A stretch of 64,000 nucleotides of DNA from Octopus vulgaris (Eukaryota). The notes under the pieces were generated by a model, which was given only the letters and a program-made list of their open reading frames with translations, did not search any database and was not told the DNA's origin. Made by a program: the position numbers and the translations under genes. Location of the stretch: assembly GCA_951406725.2 (NCBI GenBank), contig OX597815.1:54870001-54934000 (forward strand). The letters run 5' to 3'. Below, one piece after another: positions 1 through 13,563 of the stretch; position 1 is the first letter of the stretch, and each line of letters begins with the position of its first letter.

Positions 1-400
1 TCTTAATTGTTAAATTAATTTAAGGATAACAATTAAGAAAAAAAAAACGAAAGGCTAAAACGAAAGCAATGGAAAATAATTTAAACAATTAACAAACAAA
101 ATAATTCTATAATTTTATACACACGCTTTCCGTACGTATACATAACGAAAGGCTAAAACGAAAACAAAAACTCAAAACAAAAACAAAACGAATAATTTTA
201 GACACACGCGTAACAATTAAGAAAAAAAAGACGAAAGGCTAAAATTTAGGGTTAGGGTTAGTGACAAATTACAATTTTCCCAAGAAAGCCAAGAGAAAAA
301 AATGTTTTATTTTGACACATTCTACCAGTATACGAAGTTTTAAAGTGTTTAGTTAACTAGAAATTGTGTTGACATGTGCCGTTCAAAAGGAAAAGATCCC
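1..400. repeat. Partial interspersed repeat (possible DNA-transposon/MITE end) with internal direct repeats and two TTAGGG-like units
   Basis: ACGAAAGGCTAAAA occurs three times. TAACAATTAAGAAAAAAAA occurs at ~28 and ~211. TTAGGGTTAGGGTTAG lies at 246-261. The block ends in GCCGTTCAAAAGGAAAAGATCC. The other end is outside the window. Confidence 0.4.
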
Positions 401-664
401 AGGTCTGTTCTATTTATCCAAAGCCATCTAGTGACCTTCTAGCTAGCTTCAATGATAGAATTTATAACCCCCCTAATTGCTGCACCAGTAGCTCCAAGCC
501 CACGAAAAAAATCATGGATAATAAGAATAATATAAAGAATATTCAATTGAAACGCTTAATTAAAACAAAACTTTTCAAAATTTATCCGATTTATGTTTTG
601 GGTTTTTTTTTTTTTTTTTTGAGGGGTGCTTTTTTATAAATGATACGAGTTTTCTACACACACC

Positions 665-1768
665 TGTAGCGTGTCTGTATTAGATTTAGTTCAAACATGC
701 ATTTTTGAACTTCATGTTAGGCTCAGGTGATACTGTCAGTTTACAGCTTTACTCAGTCTGTGATTGGCTGAAATAACTTACTCCCTCGGACAGGCGTTTT
801 CTGCTACGTCCGAGTGTCTCTTACATAATGTGCTTGCTGCCATGATTCAATCGAGTTCCTTGACTTCCTCCGTCTTGTTGATTGCTGTTAAACTGCTGTC
901 TTTGTGTGGAAAACGTGTGTTTTGTTCAAGGGGCAAAGCGATAAAAGTGAATATAACAGAAGTTAGGGGATTGCCCGAGTACATTCATTGTGCGGTGGCA
1001 GACCCAGAGTATTTTTCGAGAGTAAAGGATTATGAAGAGGACTTCGAGTGGTGTGTCAAGAAAATAGACACCAGCACAATACCAGAACGGGTAATCTATC
1101 TTGAACTTATAAAGAAATTTAACAGATTTTCTTCGAAAAGATGAAAGTTAGCTGTTGCAAATAGTGTTTTGAACTGTTACAAGTAGTGTTTTAAAAAGAA
1201 GTTGTATTAGCAGGTTTAATGAAATTGCTCGGAGGTGGGGGCCGAACGCTTTCATTTCATTTATCATTTTATCTAATTCATCCTTTCCATCCGTTCTTTG
1301 TTTCTGTCTCCTCTGTGTCAGGCCCTGTGTGGCTTATAAAAAATGAGAGTTCATTGATTTCTTCGCTTCACTTCCAAAGGACTCTCGGCATACTGTTTTG
1401 CTCTTTCGCGGTTTACGCTAGCCTCTCTCACACAAGAACATTCTTCTTCAACGGATGCTGGCAGAATAAACCAAATTCAATGTCGTTATCTTCATGCTAT
1501 CTAGAAACACTTCTATCTAGTTTCTTCTACATATACAAAGTACAGCTAATGTTTTCATGCATTCATTCATTTACTGTTAACATACCAGAGACATCTCTAT
1601 AAAACACTACAAATCTCTACACAAACACAACTTCTTTGCAGGAAATTTTTTGTAAGACATTAACATTGTACGTAACGCCCTGCTTTGAATAAACTTTGCT
1701 ATTGAACAAGTTGAGTTTGTCCGTCTGTCTTTGTATACCAATTACTATTGAACGAACGTACAAACACA
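665..1768 (+). mobile_element. Probable solo LTR
   Basis: Starts TGTAG and ends ...ACA. TATA-like TTATAAAA at ~1334, AATAAA at ~1689 followed by a GT-rich tract. CpG-richer than the flanks. No clean target-site duplication seen. Confidence 0.35.
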
Positions 1769-2859
1769 GTATCAACAAACTGCCACCGCCGACGTCGTCA
1801 CTTCACTGAGACTGAACATTGGGCTATAGCTACACATTAGCTACGAAGATAGTGAACTCTCTATACTGGTGGCCCCTTCACTAGACTGGTGATGTCATCA
1901 CTAAACACCTAACTAAATGAAAACAGAATATGAAATAGTGTAATCATCTCAAATGATTAATAAAGCAATGGATTAGCGAATTTAACATTGATTTCAAACA
2001 TAGAGAACAAGTTTAGAAATTTGGGAATAAACGAACTGATTATATTGTCGACTCTATCTCGATTAAATTAGTACTATTCAAGATGATTTGAATGATTATA
2101 GCAACTATGTAGCAAAGTGAGAGATCAGCATACTCATGGAGTAACAGGACGTTAGAGCGACAGATTAAATGCCTCATCGTCTCCCTATATTCTAAATCCT
2201 AATCTTGTTGGTTATCGTTTCCCCTTTTTCATCTTTCCAGAGTTGATAAATTAAAAATCAGTTTTTGTTTTTTAATCATGGGTCCACCTTGATCGAGCGT
2301 GCTATGATCAAAAGGATTCCATCCATAACCATCCCCACTGATTTCCAAGAATAAGATTACATTGTAAACTATGATTTATTATTTTTAACACTATGTATGT
2401 GATCTGAAGAAGATTTAGTAACTATTTCCAGCAAACTGAAAAAAATATATAAAGGCTCTGCAGTTGGTCCCATTATTACGCACTATGGACCAATTCAATC
2501 TACAACAAAACGTTAACTCTTTCACGTAGAAGTTATCTCCCTTACAACTAAAATTAAATGCCAGGTTTTAAAAGGAAAATAAAACTAGCAAAAGGGAGAT
2601 AAGGTGATTAATGTTATTAAACGTTAGATTGTATTTTTCGAAAATGTTGCTTACATCCTTGAATACTTTACCCGGGCATCAACTGCAACAGCCATCAATG
2701 GTCTCTTGCATTGACTCACTGACTATCCAACAAAATCAGAAATGGATAAAATGTATAGATGCATACATACATATATCTGTGTGTGTATTCATAAGCTTCT
2801 ATGCATGTATGTATGGCATTATTCAGCTTATTTCAAGATTTCTTGCCAATAGAGAAAGA

Positions 2860-4295
2860 ACCGGTTTATAACCTAGATCCAAGGCTCCTTCATTGGAATT
2901 TCAACATCAACAACAGGGTATTTTTGTATGTATGTATGTTTTGTGTATATATTCTCATGCATATACTTGCATATCTTGACATGCTCATATATATTTGAAT
3001 GATAAACTTCTGGAAAGTTTTACAGATTTTTACTGTTCCAGTGATGGCCTAGATCTGTAGTCTTCGAATTAGCTTTCTCCTTTCTGGTTCTGAGAAGCCT
3101 AATTTCTCAAGATTGGTATTTAGGTAGTGTGTTACATATCCCAGGGCTCCAATAATTACAAGTATAAATCTGAACTTGTAATCTGGATAGAGTAACTACA
3201 GATTGCTCAATAGTTCAGCATAAAGTGTTCTCTTTTCCACTGATCTTCAGCTTTATGTTAACAACCGCTGGGCAGCTAATTTCCACAACTGTGCACAGTT
3301 TCTCTCCTCTATCCCAAATCATTATATCAGGTCTGTTGTGCTTACATTTTATTGAGGACTTCACTGGGACATTCCATCATTATTTATTTATTTATTTATT
3401 TTTCTAAGTGGCTATAGCTTCTACCATATTGCGGTTTCTTATTTCTTCGTCTTCGGGATTTTTCTTCCAACGGATTTCATTATACCTACATCATGTCTCA
3501 TCTGTAGATAATACCGTGGTGACATTTTCGGACAACTACTTATGATGTGGGTGATATCTTCTGTGTTAACTCCACAAAGTTTGCATCAGTTGTCACATTT
3601 TACTGCTTTTCCTGCATCTCTATCCCTTTTGTGCATCAGGTATTTAGTTAATATTTCCTGTTCCTGGATTTCAAATGCACACCCTTCAAAGCGAGATGTA
3701 GTAATCCGGCTATTCGTCCATAATAAACTGCTTTGATGATCGATGTTACTATCATCGCGGAGCTTTCTTCTAACATATCCATGCATAGTCTTCTGCTCAT
3801 ATAGGCTCATCCTTTCATCTGATGATACGTTGCGGTAGAGTCGTGCGACTTCTTTGGGTATGTATCAGACAAAGAGTGTTGCTCAAGTAGCTGCCTTCCA
3901 AATCTTATGGTATTATCAGCCTCATGTATACAAACTTGGTCAAGAGGTGAACTTCGACACTTGGTGGTTAAAAGATGTTGCCGAAGGGACTTGAAGCGAC
4001 ATTCATAGGCACTTTGGATCGATGTTAAGCCTCAGCCTCCTTGTTTTCGTTTTAGGTAGAGAGGCCTACGTCATTGTTTATGTGGAAATTGTGTGTGCTT
4101 GTTAGTATTTTTCAGGTTTTCACAATAATTGCTCGGATCTCATCAAGCAGCCCAGATGTTGGTGCGAGTACTGGCACTGCAAGCATATTGTGGGTCACTG
4201 TTTTACTGAATGCAGAGAGTTCTGAGGTCCAAATTTTCTTTATTCGGCTGTAATATTGTTTAATGACACGTGTTTTGTTACAGGTGCCATTGTAA
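2860..4295 (-). mobile_element. 5'-truncated, degenerate R4/Dong-clade non-LTR retrotransposon (RT thumb, CCHC finger, restriction-like endonuclease)
   Basis: Minus-strand translation gives LYLKRKQGG*GL, TMHGYV...SSLLW...FEGCAFEIQEQEILT, CKLCGVNTEDITHIISSC, KHNRPDIMIWD...VVEISCP and IIGALG, with stops and frameshifts. Confidence 0.85.
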
Positions 4296-4334
4296 GATAT
4301 GTATGTATGCATGGATAGATAGATAAATGTACAG

Positions 4335-4470
4335 TGATTACTTGGTAAGAAGCTTGCTTCCCAGCTACATGGTTCCGGGTTCAGTCTCACAGCTGTTATA
4401 GCCCCGTGTCGACCAAGCAGTGCGAGTGGATTTGGTAGACGGAAACTGAAAGGATCCCACTGTGTGCGCG
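4335..4470 (+). mobile_element. tRNA-derived SINE head fragment
   Basis: TGGTAAGAAGCTTGCTTCC...GGGTTCAGTC (A/B-box-like), then GGATTTGGTAGACGGAAACTGAAAG. Matches the copies at 35748-36143 and 40294-41243. Confidence 0.7.
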
Positions 4471-5454
4471 TTCGTGTATGTTTGTATGTATGTACTCGTG
4501 TATGTATATACTTACACATATATACGTATATTTATATTTATATATTTATATATATATAAGTAATTATTTAAGTATTGTGTATGTTCCTAGTAGTTGACCG
4601 ATGAAACACGTTCACTGCCTATGGCTATCTGAAGTCATCCATTTATTTACAAAATTGTCGCTGGATCTACCTCAGGAATTTCTGTGTTTGTTGAGTATAT
4701 AACAAGTGATAGAGATGCAAAATGGAATATACGAGAAACTTTTGGGCTCACAACGATCGTTTCAACACATCCTACATCGATCCCTCGCGGGCGGGATACT
4801 GTACAACAGGTTTTGGTGTAGAAGAGTTTCACCAGGTGATGTTATAAGGAGTATCTCCTTAAATAAACTCCGTTTCACACGGTTTTAATACAGCATGTTG
4901 TTAGTAACTGTAGATTTAAGCAGTTCAGTAGGAATGGCTAAAGATAGATCCATTGTTATGTTGCAGACTACATTCCTTTAGTAGTAAACCAAATACAGGG
5001 AGTAAATACGAAGAATAAGAGAAATAAAATATACAATAACGAAAACATTATATACATCAGTACTAGAGTTACTTGCGTACCCATACTTGTGGTTCAGTTT
5101 ACACACACACCCACTCATGTGGGCCGTTAATAAATGTCATTAAACCTTTTAATAAACGTCCGGGTTTAGCGCAGTGGAACTGACTCCCTCAATGCACTGG
5201 ATGTTAAACCACCTAAAATTCATAGAGAAGTTTGTATATAGCCATAGATTATATACAAGTTACATTTACATATCTGTTTCTCAGAACGTCCAAAGTGATT
5301 ACCGTCTTTGCTGTAATTCACCCGACTGGGATTGTCATTTCCAAGAAATGAAGATATTACGTATGTTTTCGCAAGTTACCACGAAGTACCACCTATGTAT
5401 GTGTGTACATGCGTGAGTGTGCGTTTGCATGTATGTATGTATGTATGTATTTTG

Positions 5455-6720
5455 ATATCATAAAGTCTTTTCATGATGACATGGAGGTCCGAGTAAATGT
5501 CGGTGGTATTCTCAGTGATCCGATTAAACTCAAGTATGGTATTAAACATCCACTCTTTTCAGGGACTGCAACAAAGGCATCTTCATTAGATACCAAAACA
5601 CTCATTCCATATATGACATTTTGTTGCGAAGACCAAGATCATTCAGAATTTTATACGCTGGTGACTGTGATCTTGTAGCACACTCATTCCACATGTACAC
5701 AAACTTTTATGGATAGACTCTTGTAAGACATTCAGGTTAACCATTAGCCTCAACAGGTCAGTGGTAATGTTTCACCCAGCTCCCAGATCACACTATGTTG
5801 AACCATCAATTTTGTCGATGGTCACAGGCTCAAATTTGCTAAATTTTCATACCTAGAAAGTATGATTGATCAGCACTGTCCACTTGATGATGAAATAGCT
5901 TCACGCATCAGAAAGACAACTGATGCTTTTGGCAGTCTCAAAGCACACGTTTGGTACCAGAAAGGAATTTAAAAAGGCACGCTAAAGTGTAGTATACAAA
6001 GCAAACGTTTCCATGATACTGCTCTTGTAAAACTTGGGTCATCTGCTTCAGATACCTTAAGATCCTACAGTATTTTCACCAACAATGCCTCCGAGATATT
6101 CTAGGTGATCACTGGTGTACACATACGCCTGATTCTGAAGCACTTCAAATTGCTGCCACATTCAGCATTGAAGCTCACATTCATAAGCGCACACTCCTCT
6201 GGGTAAGCCACTTCACTCGACTACATGACAGTAGAACCCTAAAACTAAAACAAATCCTTTATGGATGATCTGGCGTCTTGTATGAAACTATAGCATAAGC
6301 CAAAAGAGCATTTTAACGAATTTGTGAAAAATTCTCTGTCTCAATGCAAGATTGAGACAACTGAATGGAAGCCTTCAATGTTAGACAGAAGTAATTGGTG
6401 TACAAAATAACCTATGGCATCAGGAAATTTCAGGAACTTTCATTAGAGTGGGCTAATGTAAAGCTAGCATTCAGGAAAAGAGAACCTGTTAGTCCAACAG
6501 TACCTTCTGAGTGTGATGAATGTGAACAGCTGATCTCTTCAGAGCTGACTTCCCAAGTCACCTATGCGAATACGTTGAATACAACCAGTTTCTAGCAGCT
6601 AACCTGTTATGCGAGCTAAGTTGTGGGGAATTTTCCAGCCGATCTGGACTCACAAAGCACATAAAAGTGCAAAATTACCCTTAAGTTGTACAAAATGGTC
6701 GCCCAATCGCATCACATGAA
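5455..6720 (+). mobile_element. Degenerate 5'-truncated RTE-clade LINE (3' half of RT plus degenerate C2H2 tail)
   Basis: FHDDMEVRVNVGGILSDPI matches the RT at 16546-17559. A LYAGDCDL equivalent follows, then F.YLES and RIRKTTDAFGSL motifs. Many stops. Confidence 0.75.
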
Positions 6721-6799
6721 TATGACTACCACACTTACAGCAAAAAATGCAAGCCGCTTGATGTCCAGTTTTCTGTTGATAGCGATTTTCGCTTTTTAA

Positions 6800-8200
6800 C
6801 ATGGTTGGACACAATTCCGAGAAGTTGCCACATATTTTAGGTACTGTTTTGACTGAGTTTAGTCATTGGTGATATCCCTGTTTCACCAAGCTGTGGTCGT
6901 CATTGAAAGATTCATTTACAGTGAGCATAACTGAATATAATGGAGACAATACAAGCTCTCACTTTTTTGTTTGAAAAAGTACCTCAGATTTACCAAATAG
7001 CTTGAGATAAGGTTCTTCACTAAAGCTAACTATTATCACGTGAGTATTTATTTACAACCCCATATTCTTCATATAATTCACCCATGTCAATACCATAAAT
7101 GTCACAGTTGACTACATCACAGAACTCCACAAAGGTTTAGACTAAGCTGTTTTCAGAAAAGACATACCTGGTAGTAACGAAGTCTGCTTCATATTTTCAG
7201 ATACATCAGAGATAAAATGGTTAAGTTTGATGCTCACAGCACCACCCAAACAATCCTTTAGTTTTTCTCTAAAGTTTACATTTCAGTTCATGCTGAATGT
7301 CTTGGCTTCTAATAATTCAATGACGTTAGTAAACCATTTAATATTATGACTGAGGAAAGACAAATGGGTTTCTGATGATTCATGAGTGTTTCCTTCATAT
7401 CTAAAGCACTTCCGCTGGGCTTTGGGACACTCCAGCTCATATAGACTCTGAAAATGATTTTTTTAAAAACTTTCCAACACTTATGTATTTTATCAAATGA
7501 TTAAATGAGGGGGCCGCCTAATTACATGGCATAACAGACTATAATGAATAGTATTCACGAAATCACAATCCATTTGCTGTATTGTCCTGATTATCTGATA
7601 AATCAAAATGATTGTACACTTTTAGTTGTAAATTCAACATCAAACTTTTCCCGTAGCAAATATTGTGCAAAAGAAAAAAATTGCGAGAAAATTTGAATCG
7701 TTTATCTATTTATTAAGCACCGTTGTATTTTCCATATTTGCAATATCAGACACTTTATTCAGACCTGACATTTCTAGTCTAGTTCGTAGCCGAATTATTT
7801 CCTCTGATTATTCATGGTTATCGCTGCTAAAGTTGAAATGACACATGTACTCCATGTTGAAAATGAAAACCTTATCTCATGTACTGGAAAATACATTGGT
7901 TGCACCTTCGTTGGAAGCATCAGTTGCTATTGAAACGACAAACTGTTCTTTGATGTCCCTTATACATCTGCACAGAATACAATGCTAGAAAAGTTTTCAC
8001 TTGGTTATTTTGCTTTAGTTTTCCAACACATTTCACGATTAATGAGTCACTGTATATTTCTTCGCCAACATTTTTACTCCGTGATCATACTGAAGTATGA
8101 CAGGTGATGCTTGATAGACCACTTTTACAAAGTTCTGCAGCCAATATTTTGTCATTTTCAATTGCCCTAATTAGGGATAAAAATGATGTGTTAACTGTAT
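6800..8200 (-). mobile_element. Highly degenerate hAT-superfamily transposase relic
   Basis: Minus-strand remnants ILAAEL, KIYSDS, FVVSIATDASNEG (first catalytic D region) and FQSLYELECPK, broken by many stops and frameshifts. Confidence 0.5.
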
Positions 8201-9280
8201 CTGTGGAAGCGTGTCGTTTAATCGTACCTTTGCCCCTTACTAAAAATTACCACATCACAACAGTATAGTGTAAGAAAAATATGAAAGTAATGTTCTCTGC
8301 TTTTTTGTAATAAATCCAAGTTATGTGACCCAATCATAGTTATATGTTATCTTTATTTTTGGTATTTATTTATGGGTTTGAAACAAGGACAAAAATATTA
8401 ACTAACCTCCATTGAGACCAGTATCAAAAACATCAGGTAGGTGGAAAGTTACCATTTTTTTTACATCATGTAACATGCCGCCACATTTTTAGCAAAATTC
8501 TATAAAACTATTTTGATGTAATTGTTAAATATAAACGCACTAACAATGACATTTGTATCTTTAAACTTTAAAGATGTAGTGGCATGTTACATTTAAAAAA
8601 TATAGTGGCAAGTCAGGATGAAATTTTCGCTATTTCTAGTATATCTGTGTTTTCAGTCAATTCCTTTTGACTCAGACGTGAGCGCGCGTGCACATACACA
8701 AGAAGATGGCAAGACAGTTTAAAGCTGGATGTCTGATTTCCCTATACTGTCTTTCCCCATTTTGTCATAGCCACTGCGTTAAAACGAGGGGACCTCTACA
8801 TGGTCACTAAATTTGCGAGAATTAACAGCCAAATATTCCTCAAATTACACCCTACCGACCTACAAAATAAAAAAAAAGAAAAGAAAGAGTACAGAGGGGA
8901 TTATAAAAAGATTCGAACACCGTTAATCATAGGTCTCTATTAGTTGTTCTGTCAGAAGTAGCATATATATGTAACTCACTGCATAAACAACACAAAAGTC
9001 AACCTAACTTTTACAAGTAAGACTAAATGATAGGCGATTGTCAAGTTCAGGAATTCTCTTTGACTTTGGCACACACCAGCTCGCTACTTCTATATTTGGC
9101 AGCCAACAAAGACTTTTTTTTAATGTGTTGTTGGATTAATTTCATTACTCTATTTTCCCAAGATTTAAATGATAAAATGTAAACATTCAAGGAAGGATGT
9201 GACTGTACCTTCAGATCGTATACAATTCTGTGGCATTGTTTAAGATAAATTATGAATTTGATCGATTCTATTGTTTACTC

Positions 9281-9803
9281 GGCGGAATTATGATGTAAAC
9301 ACATGTTGAAACCCCTCATAATTTTTTTTTTATTTTTACGAATTTTTTTTTCAAAATTGTTTCGATTCTGTCTTCTGCATAATGGAATTTATACGATTAT
9401 GCCAAGAAAAATTAATTCTTTAAATTTTTATTTTTAATCACAGTCCGAACTTTTGGTTAAATCCTAATAGACCATTAAATGTGTTTATGGGGAGAAAGAT
9501 ATTGAAAAACATCAACACGTCAGAGTGATAAACAAACGAGGACGGTATGAGGTAGTCGTGAGCTGTACTAAAAAAAAGACATCTAAATACCCCTTAAATC
9601 ACACTTTTAAAATTTTTTTTTTCTGCTTAGTCATATGATTTCCGTGTGTAGAACACAAATTCGCAAAACTTTTCTGAAAATTATGAGAGTTTAATTCCGC
9701 CCTACACAAATTTCCCAAAACGTTCTGAAAATTCCCTAAAATAAGAAAAAAAAAGTTATGAGGGGATTACATATGTAAGCCGTGCATAAAGCAGAATTCC
9801 GCC
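9281..9803. mobile_element. MITE-like element with imperfect terminal inverted repeats just upstream of LONP1
   Basis: GGCGGAATT...CCCCTCATAATTTTTTTTT (9281-9331) is inverted as AAAAAAAGTTATGAGGGG...AATTCCGCC (~9749-9803). Confidence 0.45.
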
Positions 9804-9857
9804 TGATAATAATACTTCCAATTCGAACAGCTGACTGGCAGAATTAACGAGAAGTAG

Positions 9858-9939
9858 GTAAGATCAGACAACTGCTGTTGCTACTCTTCATACAAAGGTG
9901 AAGTAAACTTTCAGACTTATCTTTCCCTTTCATCATTAG
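9858..9939 (+). other. Possible short 5'-UTR intron of LONP1
   Basis: AG|GTAAGA donor at 9858 and pyrimidine tract CTTTCCCTTTCATCATTAG acceptor ending at 9939, 128 nt before the ATG. Confidence 0.3.
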
Positions 9940-10067
9940 GTATCAGTCGGCGAACGGTGGCGGTTTGTTGGCCTTCAACATTCCTGCTACATGTGCTGAA
10001 GTTTATTGAATATTTACTTCCGTAGAACATCAACAATAATAATAATATCGTCAATAAAACATCAGAA

Positions 10068-10670
10068 ATGCAGCGCCAGTTACCGTCACTATTGAGTATA
10101 CAGCATTACATTCACTCTTTACAAAATATACAGTGGCACGCAAATGTCCGTAGAATTTCCAGGAGCAACAAGAACTTGGTAGAATGGGGGCAGACTACAC
10201 AGTTTCGTCATAATTTCAACAATGTCTCAAATCTGCGTTGTAAAGGTCGGCAAAGATTTCAACAGACTCGCTGCGCTTCAAACCCTTTCGTTCCAGTTCA
10301 CTGCAACCATATCAGACGATCACCTATTAATGGCGGGTTACTTTGGAATGTAGATATTTCGAGCCCTGTATCTTACGTAATGAATGCACTTGGCTCCAAA
10401 ACACCTCATTCTAGAAGTTTGTATTTTCATGAAAGTAGACGTTTGTTCTCGTCGTCATCGTCGTCGTCTGGAGATGATAGCAGTGAGAATGCCCCTAAAG
10501 AAAATAGTAACGTCGTCCCCGAAGGTGATGAGGGCAGCTTTTCTAACTTGGGTCCTGGCGGATTTGGCATGGCCCTGACAACTCTTTCTGTACCTGATGT
10601 CTTTCCTAAAGTGCCTATAATTCCTGTATCACGAAATCCGGTGTTCCCAAGATTCGTGAAGATGATTGAG
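10068..10670 (+). CDS. LONP1: Mitochondrial Lon protease, coding exon 1 (presequence and start of LON N domain)
   Basis: ATG at 10068. R/S/L-rich presequence ending [41 protein letters not shown] matches LONP1. GAG|GTAAGT donor, phase 0. Confidence 0.93.
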
Positions 10671-11671
10671 GTAAGTTATTTTCCAACTAAATAAGATAAT
10701 CCTGACAGCCGGCAAAGCTTGTTCGACCTTGGAATTCAGTTCTACGAGATAAACTTAATATTTTGCTTTTATATACGTCTTTTTAAAAGAAATTTTATTT
10801 TGTTTTCTATTTTGTGCTTACCTGTAATATCAGATGCACGAGGAGTTGTTTTTTTACACAGAATTGCATCAGATACCAAGCTCGAAATTCTGTTCACCCT
10901 TCAGAATTCAAAGAAAATATACCCAATTATTACTACCCATTATAACAATATGAATCTCATTAAAGTATTGATCAATTCATAATAAATCTTAAGAAATATT
11001 CTTCGTTTGCATATCACTTTTTTTTTCTTTCTTAGAATAATGCCTAACTTAATATTTTCGCCCATGCCCTTCATAACGCTTACGCCAGGATCGTTAAAGA
11101 ACCAGTTGGCTCTTATGACAGAAGTATACACGTCCGATCAAATTTTTTTTCTTTTTTTCCTTCCTCAAAGAACTGCAACATGTTAAAAGAACATGTCAAA
11201 ATTGATATTTCTGAGCAGTTAGGGGCAACGCATTGAAAACAGACTACATCTTTAGTTAACTTGTTGATAAAAACTTAAGGATAAAAATACGCTATCCGAC
11301 GTGTATATTACTTGTATGAGAGCCAACTCGTTCTTAATCTATCGACCCTGGCCTAAGCGTTATGAAGGGCATAGGCCAATGCATCTATCTGTCTATATAT
11401 ATATACATACATATAGACATATACATATATATATATATATATACATACATATAGACATATACATATATATATATATACATACATATAAACATATACATAT
11501 ATATATATATATATATAGACATATATATATATAGACATATAGACATATATATATATATATATATATATACATACATATAGACATATACATATATATATAT
11601 ATATACATATATATGTATACATATATTCATACATATATGTATATGCATGTATATGTATATATATATATATC

Positions 11672-11711
<40 letters not shown>

Positions 11712-13532
11712 TGTATATATATATATGTATATATATATGTGTGTGTATATATATATATGTATGTGTATATATGTATGTATATATATGTATGTGTATATAT
11801 GTATGTATGTATATATGTATGTGTATATATGTATGTATATATATGTATGTGTATATATGTATGTGTATATATGTATGTATATATATGTATGTGTATCTGC
11901 CGCATTATGTCGTACGTGAATGAGAGGATTTGCATCCCCAACCAAGAATTTTTGATGTAACACATGTCCTTGTGGAAGCTGTTGTGCGCGGCTGAAGAAG
12001 GCCACAGACATACATTATGCATTGTTATAAATCTGTCTAATAAAGGCCCGAAACATATGTACCGCTGAATCCTTCGCATCATGTTTTTATTTTATTTTGA
12101 TCAATTTACTCCACCACCTACACCACCAAACGGTATACACAGGTGCTTATAATTATCAAGTACTCACCCCGAATTTCTATACTCAACTCACCTATGTATA
12201 TATACATATATATATGTCCCAGGGTCGATGTGCTCGACTAAAGGCGGTGCTCCAGCATGGCCGCAGTCAAATGACTGAAACAAGTAAAAGAGTAAAAAAA
12301 GAGAAAAAGAGTATATATATATGTGTCTGTGTGTGTGTGAGAGAGAGAGAATTTACAAAAAGACAAAAGTCGAAGGCGGGTGTGTAAACAACAAACAGAT
12401 GTATTAGTTTAACTTGGGTCCTGGCGGATTTGGCATGGCCCTGACAACTCTTTCTGTACCTGATGTCTTTCCTAAAGTGCCTATAATTCCTGTATCACGA
12501 AATCCGGTGTTCCCAAGATTCGTGAAGATGATTGAGGTAAGTTATTTTCCAACTAAATAAGATAATCCTGACAGCCGGCAAAGCTTGTTCGACCTTGGAA
12601 TTCAGTTCTACGAGATAAACTTAATATTTTGCTTTTATATACGTCTTTTTAAAAGAAATTTTATTTTGTTTTCTATTTTGTGCTTACCTGTAATATCAGA
12701 TGCACGAGGAGTTGTTTTTTTACACAGAATTGCATCAGATACCAAGCTCGAAATTCTGTTCACCCTTCAGAATTCAAAGAAAATATACCCAATTATTACT
12801 ACCCATTATAACAATATGAATCTCATTAAAGTATTGATCAATTCATAATAAATCTTAAGAAATATTCTTCGTTTGCATATCACTTTTTTTTTTTTTTAGA
12901 ATAATGCCTAACTTAATATTTTCGCCCATGCCCTTCATAACGCTTACGCCAGGATCGTTAAAGAACCAGTTGGCTCTTATGACAGAAGTATACACGTCCG
13001 ATCAAATTTTTTTTCTTTTTTCCTTCCTCAAAGAACTGCAACATGTTAAAAGAACATGTCAAAATTGATATTTCTGAGCAGTTAGGGGCAACGCATTGAA
13101 AACAGACTACATCTTTAGTTAACTTGTTGATAAAAACTTAAGGATAAAAATACGCTATCCGACGTGTATATTACTTGTATGAGAGCCAACTCGTTCTTAA
13201 TCTATCGACCCTGGCCTAAGCGTTATGAAGGGCATAGGCCAATGCATCTATCTGTCTATATATATATACATACATATAGACATATACATATATATATATA
13301 TATATACATACATATAGACATATACATATATATATATATACATACATATAAACATATACATATATATATATATATATATATAGACATATATATATATAGA
13401 CATATAGACATATATATATATATATATATACATACATATAGACATATACATATATATATATATATACATATATATGTATACATATATTCATACATATATG
13501 TATATGCATGTATATGTATATATATATATATC

Positions 13533-13563
<31 letters not shown>

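Noticed and set aside
246-261. TTAGGG repeats as a telomere
   Set aside because: Only about 2.5 units, embedded in an interspersed repeat.
764-1144. 126-aa ORF as a gene
   Set aside because: TTG start, no recognisable motif, and lies within the LTR-like segment.
4647-4900. Possible exon of a divergent upstream gene
   Set aside because: CpG-rich and non-repetitive, but no frame is bounded by convincing splice sites.
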